Source: Hemiscyllium ocellatum
Taxonomy: Eukaryota
DNA length: 64,000 nucleotides
Assembly: GCF_020745735.1 (NCBI RefSeq)
Contig: NC_083402.1
Location: 115,154,213 to 115,218,212 of the forward strand
Reading direction: 5' to 3'
In this document: positions 50,607 through 61,935 of the stretch, in pieces
How the letters are laid out: the number at the start of each line of letters is the position of its first letter
How positions within the stretch are numbered: position 1 is the first letter of the stretch
The notes under the pieces: model-generated
Database searches by the model: none
Seen by the model: the letters and a program-made list of their open reading frames with translations, nothing else
Told to the model about the DNA's origin: nothing
Made by a program: the position numbers and the translations under genes

Positions 50607-51030
50607 TGCACTTATATAGCAGTTTTCACCATCTTTGAATGTCTCAAAATGCATAACAGTCAAAGAAATGCTTCCTTAGGTTATGCTCCCTGTTTTAATG
50701 CAGGAAATGCAGCTGTCAATTTCCACACAGTATACTCCCATGAATAGCTTGCCAAATGATGAATTTATTTCATTTGCCATGTTGGTGCAAAATAAATGGT
50801 TCATTTATGGACAAGGGAAAGGAGCTGGCTGATTTTAGAATTAATGCCATGACATTTTTTTTATGTCCACTTGAAATGTAAAACTGGAACAGCATTTGAA
50901 CATTTCATCCAGAAACCAACACTTTCTACTGTAGCATTCCTCCATGCAGCACCAGTGATAGTCTGAAGGTGTGGTTTGTAACTTGAAACAACAAGCTTCT
51001 GACTTCAAGGCCAAAATACGACACTGACTT
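50607..51030 (-). mobile_element. DeuSINE copy, tandem with the previous one
   Basis: TGCACTTATATAGC tail...AATGCCATG...TTTATGTCCAC...TTCTGACT head. Confidence 0.65.
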
Positions 51031-51329
51031 ATAACTAATAAGATTTGTAGTAGAATGGTAAAGCCACAAATCTGGGTTAATGCTTTCAATGGGCAATTCT
51101 GCACTGTTAATGCTTGCAGTATGGCAGAGATGTAAGATTTAGTAGTCAGTAGAAGCTATGACTACTAAGAAGTCAGTATGTCTTCTTCACAATGCTTACG
51201 TGCTGTTTAGCATGAGTGCAGTTTAGAGGGTCATTTTTTAATGTCATGGATTGGAGATAATATTTGCCAAAAAATGCATGAGAAATGTGAGTATTTTTAC
51301 ATTCACTATGAGCCTATATATGCATACGT

Positions 51330-51790
51330 AAAGAATATATATGCGTTGGAAAAGTTGCAAAAACATTTTTACTGAAGGGCTATAACTATCATGAAAGCTT
51401 GCACAGCCTCGGACTCTATTCTCAAGTAAATAGACAACTGAGGAATGATCTGATAGTAGTCTTAAAAGTTTATTATACTGTTCAATATTGTTGACATAGA
51501 AAAGATGTTTGTCCTCGTACAAGAATCCAAAACCCAGATTATAAATACAAGAAAATCATGAATAAACAAATAATCAAGTGATAATACTTTATTCAGAAAA
51601 TGGTTGGAAGGTGATTGAAGTGAATAACTAGATAAGGGAAGGCTAGATAAGAACATTAGGGTGAAATAATTTGAAAATATATGCTGATAATGTGAGATGA
51701 AATGAGATGAAAGGCCACTAATGGAGAACATTAACACCTACATGAGTGTGTGGCCAAATGGCCTGTTTCTGAGTATAAATTCCATGTTAC
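51330..51790 (+). mobile_element. Old CR1 3' fragment
   Basis: CGTTGGAAAAGTTGCAAAAACATTTT...GAGGAATGATCTGATAG...GGCCAAATGGCCTGTTTCT. Confidence 0.6.
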
Positions 51791-52107
51791 ATAAATATTT
51801 GCCGTTCTGACGATACCTTTGGTTTATGTTCATAACAAGAAGCTGTTCTGTTTCCATTTCATGTCACACCTTTTCCTGCTGATCAAAAGAATTCCTGATC
51901 TGTTTTATTCTGCAAACAGAGCTCTAAGCAAATATTACAATGCAAATTCCCTGAAAGCTAATCCTTCTTAAAAACAAGCACAAATTTCTTAAATGGGATT
52001 AAAACCATTTGCTATGAAATTGTATAATCAAACAGGAAGTTATTTTAAGTTGCATTGATCCACATATATTAGTACCAAGCAATTGATAATGAGTATTTTT
52101 AAACAAA

Positions 52108-53028
52108 TTTGGAGTTTAATTCTTTGAAGAGGTGACAAATTGGTTAGACCAGGGGAACCCAGTGGATGTGTTCTATCTAGGCTTCCAAAAGGCCTTTGAT
52201 AAGGTGCCACATGGGAGGCTGCTGAGCAAGGTGAGGGCCCATGGTGTTCGAGGTGAGCTACTGATATGGATTGAGGATTGGCTGTCTGACAGAAGGCAGA
52301 GAGTTGGGATAAAAGGTTCTTTTTCGGAATGGCAGACAGTGACAAGCGGTGTCCCGCAGGGTTCAGTGTTGGGGCCGCAGCTGTTCACGTTATATATTAA
52401 TGATCTGGATGAAGGGACTGGGGGCATTCTAGCGAAGTTTGCCGATGATACGAAGTTAGGTGGACAGGCAGGTAGTACTGAGGGAGTGGGTAGGCTGCAG
52501 AAGGATCTAGACAGTTTGGGAGAGTGGTCCAGGAAATGGCTGATGGAATTCAATGTGAGCAAATGCAAGGTCTTGCACTTTGGAAAAAAGAATACAAGCA
52601 TGGACTATTTTCTAAACGGTGAGAAAATTCATAAAGCCAAGGTACAAAGGGATCTGGGAGTGCAAGTCAAGGATTCTCTAAAGGTAAACATGCAGGTTGA
52701 GTCCGTGATTAAGAAAGCAAATGCAATGTTGTCATTTATCTCAAGAGGGTTGGAATATAAAAGCACTGTTGTGCTACTGAGACTTTATAAAGCTCTGGTT
52801 AGGCCCCATTTGGACGGGTTGGACTGTGTCCAGTTTTGGTCCCCACACCTCAGGAAGTACATACTGGCACTGGAGCGTGTCTAGCGGAGATTCACACGGA
52901 TGATCCCTGGAATGGTTGGTCTAACATACGAGGAACGGCTGAGGATCCTGGGATTGTATTCATTAGAGTTCAGAAGATTAAATGGAGATCTAATAGAAAC
53001 TTACAAGATGGTATATGACTCTATGACT
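52108..53028 (+). mobile_element. CR1 LINE RT fragment (different, younger-looking subfamily); 250-codon open RT segment
   Basis: ORF 52132-52884: FQKAFDKVPH, GVPQGSVLGP, FADD, LVRPHL; CpGs partly retained. Confidence 0.93.
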
Positions 53029-53447
53029 AGAGCAGGACAGCAACACCTACAAAGGTGTTTGAAGGTAACAGTTCAGAACAATTTTCAGCATTGAAGAGAC
53101 CTGAAACTCAGCAGTCATTCCCTGATAAGCTAAAGGAGCATCGGTTTAATATATGTGTCTGGACATTGAGTCACATGTCTGAGGGTTCAAATCCCAGAGA
53201 CTAAATGCAAAAATCAAAGGTGAACTTCCAGAATATAAAGAAGGAGTAGAGTATAATTGGATGTGTTATGATTCAAATGTGACTCAGGCCCTGTTTTACC
53301 TTTATGGATGGAAGGAAAAGCCCTTGCAGTATGATTCAAAGAAGAGTAGAGGAAACATCTCTGGTGGGTCTCAAAAAACATCAGAAAAAACAACTTATCC
53401 AGACATCATCACATTGCGTGTTGTAACTCAATTTGGCTCCTGTGTTT

Positions 53448-53753
53448 CATAGAATCCCTTCAGTGTGGAAACAGGCTCTTCAGCCCAACATGTCCACACT
53501 AACCCTCCAAAGAGGAGGCCACACAGACCCATTCCCCTACATTTACCCCTCACTAATACACCTAATCTACACATCCCTGAACACTGTGGACAATTTAGCT
53601 TGGCCAATTCACGTAACCTACAGATCTTTGGATTGTGGGAAGAAATCAGACCACCCAGAGGAAAACCACACAGATAGTCACCTGAGGCTGGGATTAAACC
53701 TCGGTCCCTGGCACTGTGAGGCAGCAGTACTAACCACTGAGCCACCATGCCGC
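53448..53753 (-). mobile_element. HE1-type SINE with probable 12-bp TSD
   Basis: TCCTGTGTTTCA (53438-53449) / TCCTATGTTTCA (53765-53776). Confidence 0.9.
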
Positions 53754-53808
53754 TGAGAAACAATTCCTATGTTTCAGCATTATAATGGTTACCTGACTTC
53801 AAAAGCAC

Positions 53809-54077
53809 ACAGAGTCATACAGATGTACAGCATGGAAGTAGACCCTTCAGTCCAACCCATCCATGCCTACCAGATATCCCAACCTGATCTAGTCCCACCT
53901 GTCAGCACCCAGCCCATATCCCTCCAAACGCTTCCTATTCATATATCCATCCAAATGCCTCTTAAATGTTGCAATTGTACCAGCCTCCACCACTTCCTCT
54001 GGCAGCTCATTCCATACTCGTACCACCCTCTGTGTGAAAAAGTTGCCCTTACGTCTCTATTATATCTTTCCCCTCTC
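53809..54077 (-). mobile_element. CR1 LINE 3' fragment (HER1-type)
   Basis: Collinear with 5320-5590. Confidence 0.92.
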
Positions 54078-55148
54078 ATGAAAGATGCTACATAAATGTA
54101 AGTCCATTAAAAAAAATTGACACTTAGGAATCAGGGATTCAACATTGAGCCATCACAGTACACAGGCAATTAGCTACAGAATCCTCATAGAACAACAAAG
54201 AAAAAGCTTTAATGTTTGGAAATGGTTGTCACTCGAGGTCAAAAACAATTTCGCTCTAGATTACCCATATTTTTGGACATCAGATATTGTTTCACACTTT
54301 ATAAGGCAACCAGGCATGCACAGACACAAGTTGGTACAGATCAGCAACACCATTGATAATAGCTTATGCTGGAAGTAGGCTGGTTTGAACAGGTAATGAC
54401 ACCAGTCAGAGTATAATGCAAGTTTGACATTTTCAGTGTCTTCTTTTCTAATCTGAACATTCCAGCTAATAGGCTCTAACCCTCATTTAGTTAAGCAGGT
54501 GTTGAACAGCAGGAAGGTCCCGTCATTAGTTCTATTTAATGGAATCATCAATCATTTCTCTTGGCTGAAGATGACTAAGCACAAGTGTTTAGTGGTAGAT
54601 ACTGTCATTTAAAGTTGGTGAAGGTTACAGAAGATGGTGTGTCATGTGGTGAAGAACCTGATTCTAACTTCAAAAGGATCCTGCTCTATTCATTTAAATA
54701 GAAACATTACATAGCTCCTCAAATAGGAACAGTGCATTAGGTTCCCCTGCTTCCTTAAAGAGGTATTGACTGAACACTATGAGTTGTGGGCAGAACTGCC
54801 ATCTATAGGGTGAGGATGACATTGTCAGAGGCTGACCGTAGCCATGAACGTCTGTGTTAGACTACTTCGGACTGTATCTGGGAATAATTCCAACATATGA
54901 CTGACCCAAATTAAATGAAGAAAGAAGTATTCGTTGCTTTCTTTCTTTCCAGAATAAATAAAGTGGAGTGACCATGAGCTTTGATAAACTAAAGGACTTC
55001 ACTATGGTGCAGGGTAGCATTAATGTTCATATATTGCTTTGGAGCTGCTGGTTCTTAATTCAGAGATATATTTCAACTGTAATGGATTCCATTGCCTCAT
55101 TACATAATCAATCAGTGACCATGCTCAGTGGCTAATTCATGTCAATGT

Positions 55149-55758
55149 TGTTATGGACCAGATCAGACTCCCTCAAAATATTTTAAGATGAAAAATATTT
55201 TCTTAGTTTAAAGGCAATTGTGATGTACAGTATTCCAACTCACTGCAACTGGTCAAATTATTTGACCTTAAGCAAAACACAGTTTATTTAAATGCTATAG
55301 TTAAAATGAAATCAAAGAGGAATTTAACTTAACTCTATTGGAAAACTAACAGAACAATAGATACAGTAACTATTACGAATTAATTGTTCCAATACAGAAC
55401 CATCCCATAAACACACAACCTGGGGGGAGAAAACAAATGTCTCACAGGTAACCCAGCAGCAGAGAGAAACTCTAGTTTCTAGCTGTAGCTGAGAGAGGGA
55501 AAAGATTACTTTCACTGCTTCAAACTCACAACAGCAACTGCCTAAAACTAAACCTAAAACCCCCAAAAAAGTTCTAGAAAGCCTGGACTGTGAGAGCTGT
55601 CCACACCCAACCAGGCTGCTACTATTGTTCCAGCTTCAAAAATAACCAAAGCCTCACAAACTGTTTACTCTAGTGGTTACTCGGTGTCTCTGCTTTACAA
55701 TCTCTCTTCAAAAAAAACCTAGGACAAAGTCACCTCTTAAAGCCACAGCACCGTCACA
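55149..55758 (-). mobile_element. Probable solo LTR (610 bp)
   Basis: Termini TGTTA...TCACA; 4-bp flanks ATGT/ATAT; AATAAA on the minus strand near 55285; no internal coding region. Confidence 0.6.
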
Positions 55759-56351
55759 ATATCCACTATCCTGCGAGAGGTTATGATTCTTTTATTTTGC
55801 ACCTGTATGATATGCCATCAGAAACTCAGCCACAACAAGAGACTGAGTACTAAATTACAAAGCCTTGGCTCATAACTCTGCTGCACAAGTAGTGCATATT
55901 TGGGACCGCACTTCAGGGAGAGGGCAGGGAGTGGCTCAAGAACGTACTCTGGAGCCCTGCCCCCATATTGTCCCCTCCCCATAGTCTGGTGCCAGTATTT
56001 TGTCGCCCCTGTTTTGAAATGCCTTCAAGTGGAAATGTCACCTGAATCAGGAGAAGACCTGAATAAGCTGTTGAATCACTTAATTTGACTACTCATTGCT
56101 TGCAGGCAGCTGACCATAATACCTCTCCTCTTGAATGTGGCCCTGAAACAAAGTGATATTGGCATATTGGCAGACATAGTCTCCCATGGTGATTTTACCT
56201 CCTGGCTGTTTCAGTGGAAATATTAAAACCAGGCCATAGAGTTAGGTCTCAGGTTATCAGTGAATTGTACTGAATTACAGAACAGGCTCAGGGTTTTAGT
56301 CGCCTCTTCCTGTTCCTTTGTATCTCTCGCCTCTTCTATCCTGGTATCAAT

Positions 56352-56495
56352 ATAAAAGCAAAATACTGCAGATGTTAGAAATCTGAAACAAGTGCAGAGA
56401 ATGCTGGAGTAATACAATCGATCTGGTAGCATCTGTGGAGACAGAAACAGACAGAACTCCAGAACAGTCACATCAGAATCAAAACATTAACTCAA
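56352..56495. mobile_element. PLE-derived mini-element, family B, short fold-back
   Basis: AAAAGCAAAATACTGCAGATGTTAGAAATCTGAAA...AGCATCTGTGGAGACAG, then sense CAAAACATTAACTC. Confidence 0.7.
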
Positions 56496-56583
56496 GTGAT
56501 GGAATGATATTAGAATGCTTAAACATAAGTGCACAAAACAGAAAACATAGCTGACAAATATTTGCCCTTAACATAAAACCTGT

Positions 56584-56897
56584 GGGTGGCACAATGGCAC
56601 AGTGGTTAATACTGCTGCCTCACAGTACCAAGGACAGATTCTACCCTAAGGTGACTGTCTGTGTGATGTTTGAACTTTTTCTACATTAGTTTCTTCCAAG
56701 TGCTATGATTTCCTCCTGCAATTTGAAAATGTGCAGATTAGTTGGATTAGCCATGCTAAATTGTGTGTACTGTCTGTGACTGTGCAGCCTAAGTGGATTA
56801 GCTATGGGAAATGCAAGGTTGGGATGGGATACTCTTCAGAGGATTGATTAACTCAATGGGCCAAATGGCCTGTTTCCACACTGTAGGGATTCTATGA
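56584..56897 (+). mobile_element. HE1-type SINE, diverged
   Basis: GGGTGGCACAATGGCACAGTGGTT...CACACTGTAGGGATTCTATGA. Confidence 0.88.
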
Positions 56898-57059
56898 AGC
56901 TCCCTTTTCCATTTACTTTGTGGTTTTGATCATTTCAAACACTATTTGTGTGACATGCTAATGTTTTGCTGCATGTTTTCTTCACAAACATGGTGAGAGT
57001 TTAGCACAGTCAAACAATAATCAAAACACATTTCAGTCTATTCAAAAGCATCACTAGTA

Positions 57060-57300
57060 AAGGCGAGGAGAGGGGAAAGAGAGGCAAACAGATAGAATAA
57101 CTGCAAAAAAGAGCTAGAGAGAAAAATCAAGACATAGAGAGAGAGAGAGAGAGAGATGAAACAAAAACAGATTGAGAGAGATAGAGAGAAAGAGACCAAC
57201 AAAAAGGCTAACAGTAAGAGAAGGGATAAATCGACAGAGAGAGCAGAGAGTCAGGCAGAGCATTAGAGAGAGAGAGAGAAAGAGAGAGAGAGGGAGAGAT
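57060..57300. repeat. Purine-rich tract with (GA)n runs
   Basis: Directly visible; (AG)n at about 57136-57156 and 57265-57299. Confidence 0.9.
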
Positions 57301-58389
57301 CATGTGGATGTTTAACCTTTTGAGGTGTTTTCACAAGCTACACAGACACAATGTCAGATGAGACAATGATTCATTGATTTATTGCAATGTCTGAAATGTC
57401 CAGTGGCCAGTCAGTGGATCTGCTCAAAAGGTTTCCAGGTAACTGTTGTTTCTGGTTATCCGACTGAAGAGTTTACAATGTACCATTGATTGTTCTTGGT
57501 TGTCTGACTCCTTATTGCCTGAGATTGATGTTCTGATCTTTGCAACATTTCATGATTATTGAGCAGACACACTGCTAATGTGATCATGATTCTCGATCTC
57601 GACTCCAGGCAAAACAAATTGATATGGTCAAAATGGCACCTGCTTCTTGTGCTACTGAGAAATATTTCCAACATATGTATAATATATTTGGTTTCAAAAT
57701 TTAAGTCACTTCAGTCACTGATAGCCAAAGGGAATGTGAAGGTTGGTAAATTAGAGGGAACAATGTTGTAGGATATGCTGCTAATATTTACACAGAACTG
57801 CCTTTCAAGATGCGTGTCTCAAACAGCACGTAGTCAGAATTAAGGTAGTTAAACGTTATGGATTATGTCAATGAGGCAGATTGTGGCAGGGATTAAGGGT
57901 GGATGTTGACGATCTGATAGATAAGGAAAGGAAAGCATAGCCATACCAGTAATTAATAACTCAAAAATGGTGACACCCAGGAATTGTCTGCAGTGAAATT
58001 AGGAAAGGTGACATGAGGTACATGATTAAAGGCAGGCAAAATTAAGGGAGAGAGAACAGCTGAATTAGGGTCTAGCTGCAGTCACCTTGTTAAGTAGTTT
58101 TTTTTTACTATTGAAATAGTGTTCTCTTTTGAAGCAATGGCTAGCTTTGTTAATAGGCCTCAGTAATCTCCCTTAAAAACAATTGACAAAGCTTTGCAAA
58201 ATATTCTGCTTTGCAAATGTTTTCTGATACATCTTGACACAGCAATTATACTTACAACCATAAGGTTTTCCCTACCCTCCAAGATTGCCTGAAGCTTCCA
58301 AGAATTAAAATTATTGTAAGATATCTATAAAAGTATCTTGGAGCCATTGAAGAATTAACATGTTCTTTATTAATTGCTTTGAACATTTT

Positions 58390-60440
58390 AATTTGATAGA
58401 TGAAAAAATATTCAGGACTGAAAAAAATGGAATGGAAAAAAGAGGTAGACAATAGGTACAAAAGAAAAATAATCCGTGGAGGCCCAACTAAAGTATAGAA
58501 AGTGCAGGAGTGAACTTTGGAAAGCAGTTAGGAGAGCAAAGGGGCATGATGAAATATTGGTGGACAAGATTAGGGAGAATCCCAAAGTATTCTATATTTT
58601 ACAAGAATATCAAGGGAAAGAAAATAACCAGGGAAAGAGTAAGACCCATTAGGGACCAAAGAGGAAATCTGTACATGGTGCTGGAAGACATTGGTACTGT
58701 ATTAGACAAGTACTTCACGACTCTTTTCATTCAGGAAAACAAGGATGTGGGCACATAATTCAGGAAGATGGATTGTGAGGTTCTTGAACAGTTTGATATA
58801 GGGAGTGAGGAGTTGGAGGTTTGTAAAATTGGACATACCCCCAGGTCCAGAAAGGTTGTATCCTAGGCTCCTGTGGGAAATAAGAGAGGAAATTGCAGGA
58901 GCCCTGCCCAGATTTTTCATTCCTCTCTAGCAACAGGGAAGATGCCACACAGCAGTGAACAAAGGGTGGTAAAGGTAAACTTGTGTATTTCCTGCCACTG
59001 AATATCACAGTTGAGAATGTGGTGCTGGAAAAGCACAGCAAGTCAGACAGCATCCAAGGAGCAGGAGAATTAGGCATAAGCCCTTAATCAAGAAAGCTGC
59101 ATCCACAGCATCTGCAGTCCTCACTTTCTCCTCCACTGAATGTTACATCCTATCTCCATCTGTAGAAGGGAAGCTTTGGAGAAAATTCTGAAGAAGAGAA
59201 TTAATCTCCATTTAGAGAAGCAATGTTTGATCAGGCAGGGATGGTCAGCATTGCTTTGTCAGAGGGAGGCCATTCATAACAAATCTGGTTACATTTTTCA
59301 AAGAGGTCATCAAGTATGTTATTGACAGTGGTGGAGTTGATGTAGTTATATAGATTTCAGCAAGACCTTTGATAAGATCCCAGATTGGAGACTGATAAAG
59401 AAGGTAAAAGCATGCAGGATCTGAGATAACTTGACATACTACAGGGATCAGAACTAAATCGATTGTTGTTTCTGATCTTTAAAAAATGATGTAGATTAGT
59501 GCGGGATGGGAGGGTGGGGGGGTGGGGGTGCAAGTGGGGGTGCGGGAATAATATATGTTTGTGGATGACAAAAAGATTGGCCAAGTACTTGAAATGAGGA
59601 AGAAAGTCTTAGATTTCAGAAAGATACAGATTGCTCAGATGGGCATATCAGTGGCAGATGGAATTTAATCCTAATAAGTATGAGATGATGCACTTTGGAA
59701 GAAGTAACAAGACAAGGGACTACTCAATGAATGACAGAATTTTAGGAAAGTCAGAGAAACAGAGGAACTTTGGGTGTCTGTTCAAAAATTCCTGATGGTG
59801 GCAGGGCAGGTTAATAGGGTAGTTAAAAAGGCATAGGTGACACTTGTCTTTCTAATTCAAAGCATAGATTTTGAGATCAGGTCAGGTTGATGCTGAATTG
59901 GACTTTGGTTAGGCCTCATCTCGAGTATGTGCACAGCTCTGGCCTCAGCACTAATTGGAAGGATGTGATTACACTGGAGGGGGTGAAGAAGTGGTTCACC
60001 AGGATGTTACCTAGTATGGGATCTTCAGCTATGGAGAGAGGCTGGATAAGCTCAGATTGTTTTCTTTGGAGGTGAGGGGAACCTGATAGAGTCATCTAAG
60101 ATTATTAGGGGCATGTCCAGGGTGGATAGAAAGCAGCCGTTCCCCTTAGTTAAACAGTCGATAACAAGGGGATTTAATTTTAAGGTGAAAGGCAGAATGA
60201 TTAGAGGAAACATTTTTTTCACCTAGAAGGTAGTAGGTGTCTGCAACGCACTGTGTGGGAGGGTAGTTGAGGAGTTAATGTGACAACTTATAAAAAGTAC
60301 TTGCATAAGCACTTAAAATATCATTACTTTCAAATAGTTGGGCAAGCACTAGAAAATGGGACCTCTGTAGATTTACTATAGTTTTGGCAGTATAGGCTTG
60401 TTGGGCTGTAAGTTCTTTTCCATACAGGATGATTCTGTGA
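58390..60440 (+). mobile_element. CR1 LINE 3' 2 kb, heavily decayed, carrying a PLE insertion
   Basis: IRENPK..Y..IKGKKITRERVRPIRDQ, DFSKTFDK, FVDD, LVRPHLEY; ends ATGATTCTGTGATTC. Confidence 0.88.
59010..59132. mobile_element. PLE mini-element, family A: antisense arm plus tail-only sense arm, 15-bp TSD
   Basis: TSD CCACTGAATATCACA (58995-59009) / CCACTGAATGTTACA (59133-59147). Confidence 0.85.
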
Positions 60441-61837
60441 TTCAAAGTGGCAAAAAAAAAGACTTTTTGACTGACATTCGAGAATTGACTCTCCAATCAG
60501 ATAATAAAGAGAGAGCCTGACTTCAATTGGCCTGGAAAGGGTTAAGTGTGCAACCAGAATTGACAAGTTGGGTCAGACAACTGGCAGATGTATGTTGCTA
60601 AGCTGTTTTCAGAGGCAGGGGTCCTGGGATGAGAGTTATATGAATGACTGTGTTAACAGAAAATTGACATCTCCAGTAATCACTCAGACAACTGTAGAAG
60701 CATCACTTGTAACAGCCATGGAGGGCTAACAGTTAGTAGCAGCGTTGACATGGAAACCAGAATACAATCTAAAATTGAAGTCTTTTCACGAGAGGATTCC
60801 TACATTCAAGTAAAAACACATTTTGAGTTAAAATACACGAGGAGAAATATGTTCTATTAATTAACAGTTTACCCTGTTTCTTTAGGATCACAATGTCTAT
60901 GCATCAGATGTCTTCTTTGTTTCTAATTAACATGAAATGCTCAGATGTGTGATGAGTGCAAAGGTCAACATTTCAGATACAGAACCTCCCTCATTCATAG
61001 ATCTAATTGCCAAATCCATGCAGGAACTATTTTTTACTCTTTACCTCATAACAAAAAGGTATTGAAACAATTGATTATGATAGCTCAAGTTTTCAGATAC
61101 TCTGGCAAAACCAAGTTTCTCAACATTCTAGATCACCTATGGGAAAAATAAATAAAGCAAGCCACAATACAAAGCTTAACTTCAGTAGTCTTTCTTACAG
61201 TAATTTCCTTTGTTGCAGGTAGCAAACAGACACAGTGAAATTTATGTCACATCTCCACCCATCCCAAACCCTGACTTATCTGCTCACCTCCTGATTAAAA
61301 ATAAAATCAAGCTCTTTCTCAAACATTTTCTAAAAGATGTAATTATCATCATTTTTCACACATGAATCTGCTTTCAAGCTGTGCTTCAGTGTAGTATTTC
61401 TACCCACTCAGTGTAATTGAACAAGGCAGTCTACACTACACAGAATTCATACAGATCTTTCTATATTCTTGTGATAAATGATTGAAGTAAACCATTTTAT
61501 CTCAATATTACTGAATCAAGAAGTAAACAAGGTGAAGCTGCAGCTTCAAGTTAAAAACTAGAAGAATTCAAGTTCCATCTGGCCTTATGATAGTTTTTGA
61601 ACTTCAATAATTATATAAAAATATGTACACTACACAGAGATTGGCTAAACCTCAGATTCATTCTTTTATTGAACTCACAAAATTCTCCCTACAATTCAAA
61701 TTCTCTTGTGACCAATCTGGAGTTTTACAGAAAACCCACAACACTGGATCCCTCAAGGTGGTTGACTGAAACCTATACAGTTTACTGTTCAAACCCCACT
61801 GTGAAGTGAGTGCAACTTAAACATTTCCCAGCAACAA

Positions 61838-61935
61838 TTTAGATCAGAGTGGTGCTGGAAAAGCACAGCAGGTCAGGCAGCATCCGAGGAGCAGGAAAAT
61901 CAACGTTTCCGGCAAAAGCCCTTCATCAGGAATAG
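61838..61935 (-). mobile_element. PLE pseudo-LTR (family A, tail-less) with HHR motif
   Basis: Minus strand reads auuc-CUGAUGA-A-GGGC-UUUU-GCCg-GAAA-C-GUU; possible TSD TTCCCAGCAA / TTCCCAACAA. Confidence 0.9.

Larger units (their letters stand above)
53165..54105 (+). mobile_element. DeuSINE split by an HE1 SINE and a CR1 3' fragment
   Basis: Pieces 53165-53449, 53765-53808 and 54078-54105 (ATGAAAGATGCTACATAAATGTAAGT tail). Confidence 0.65.

Noticed and set aside
52132-52884. 250-aa RT ORF as a functional gene
   Set aside because: Internal piece of a truncated CR1 lacking EN and the RT N-terminus; has an insertion and a stop.
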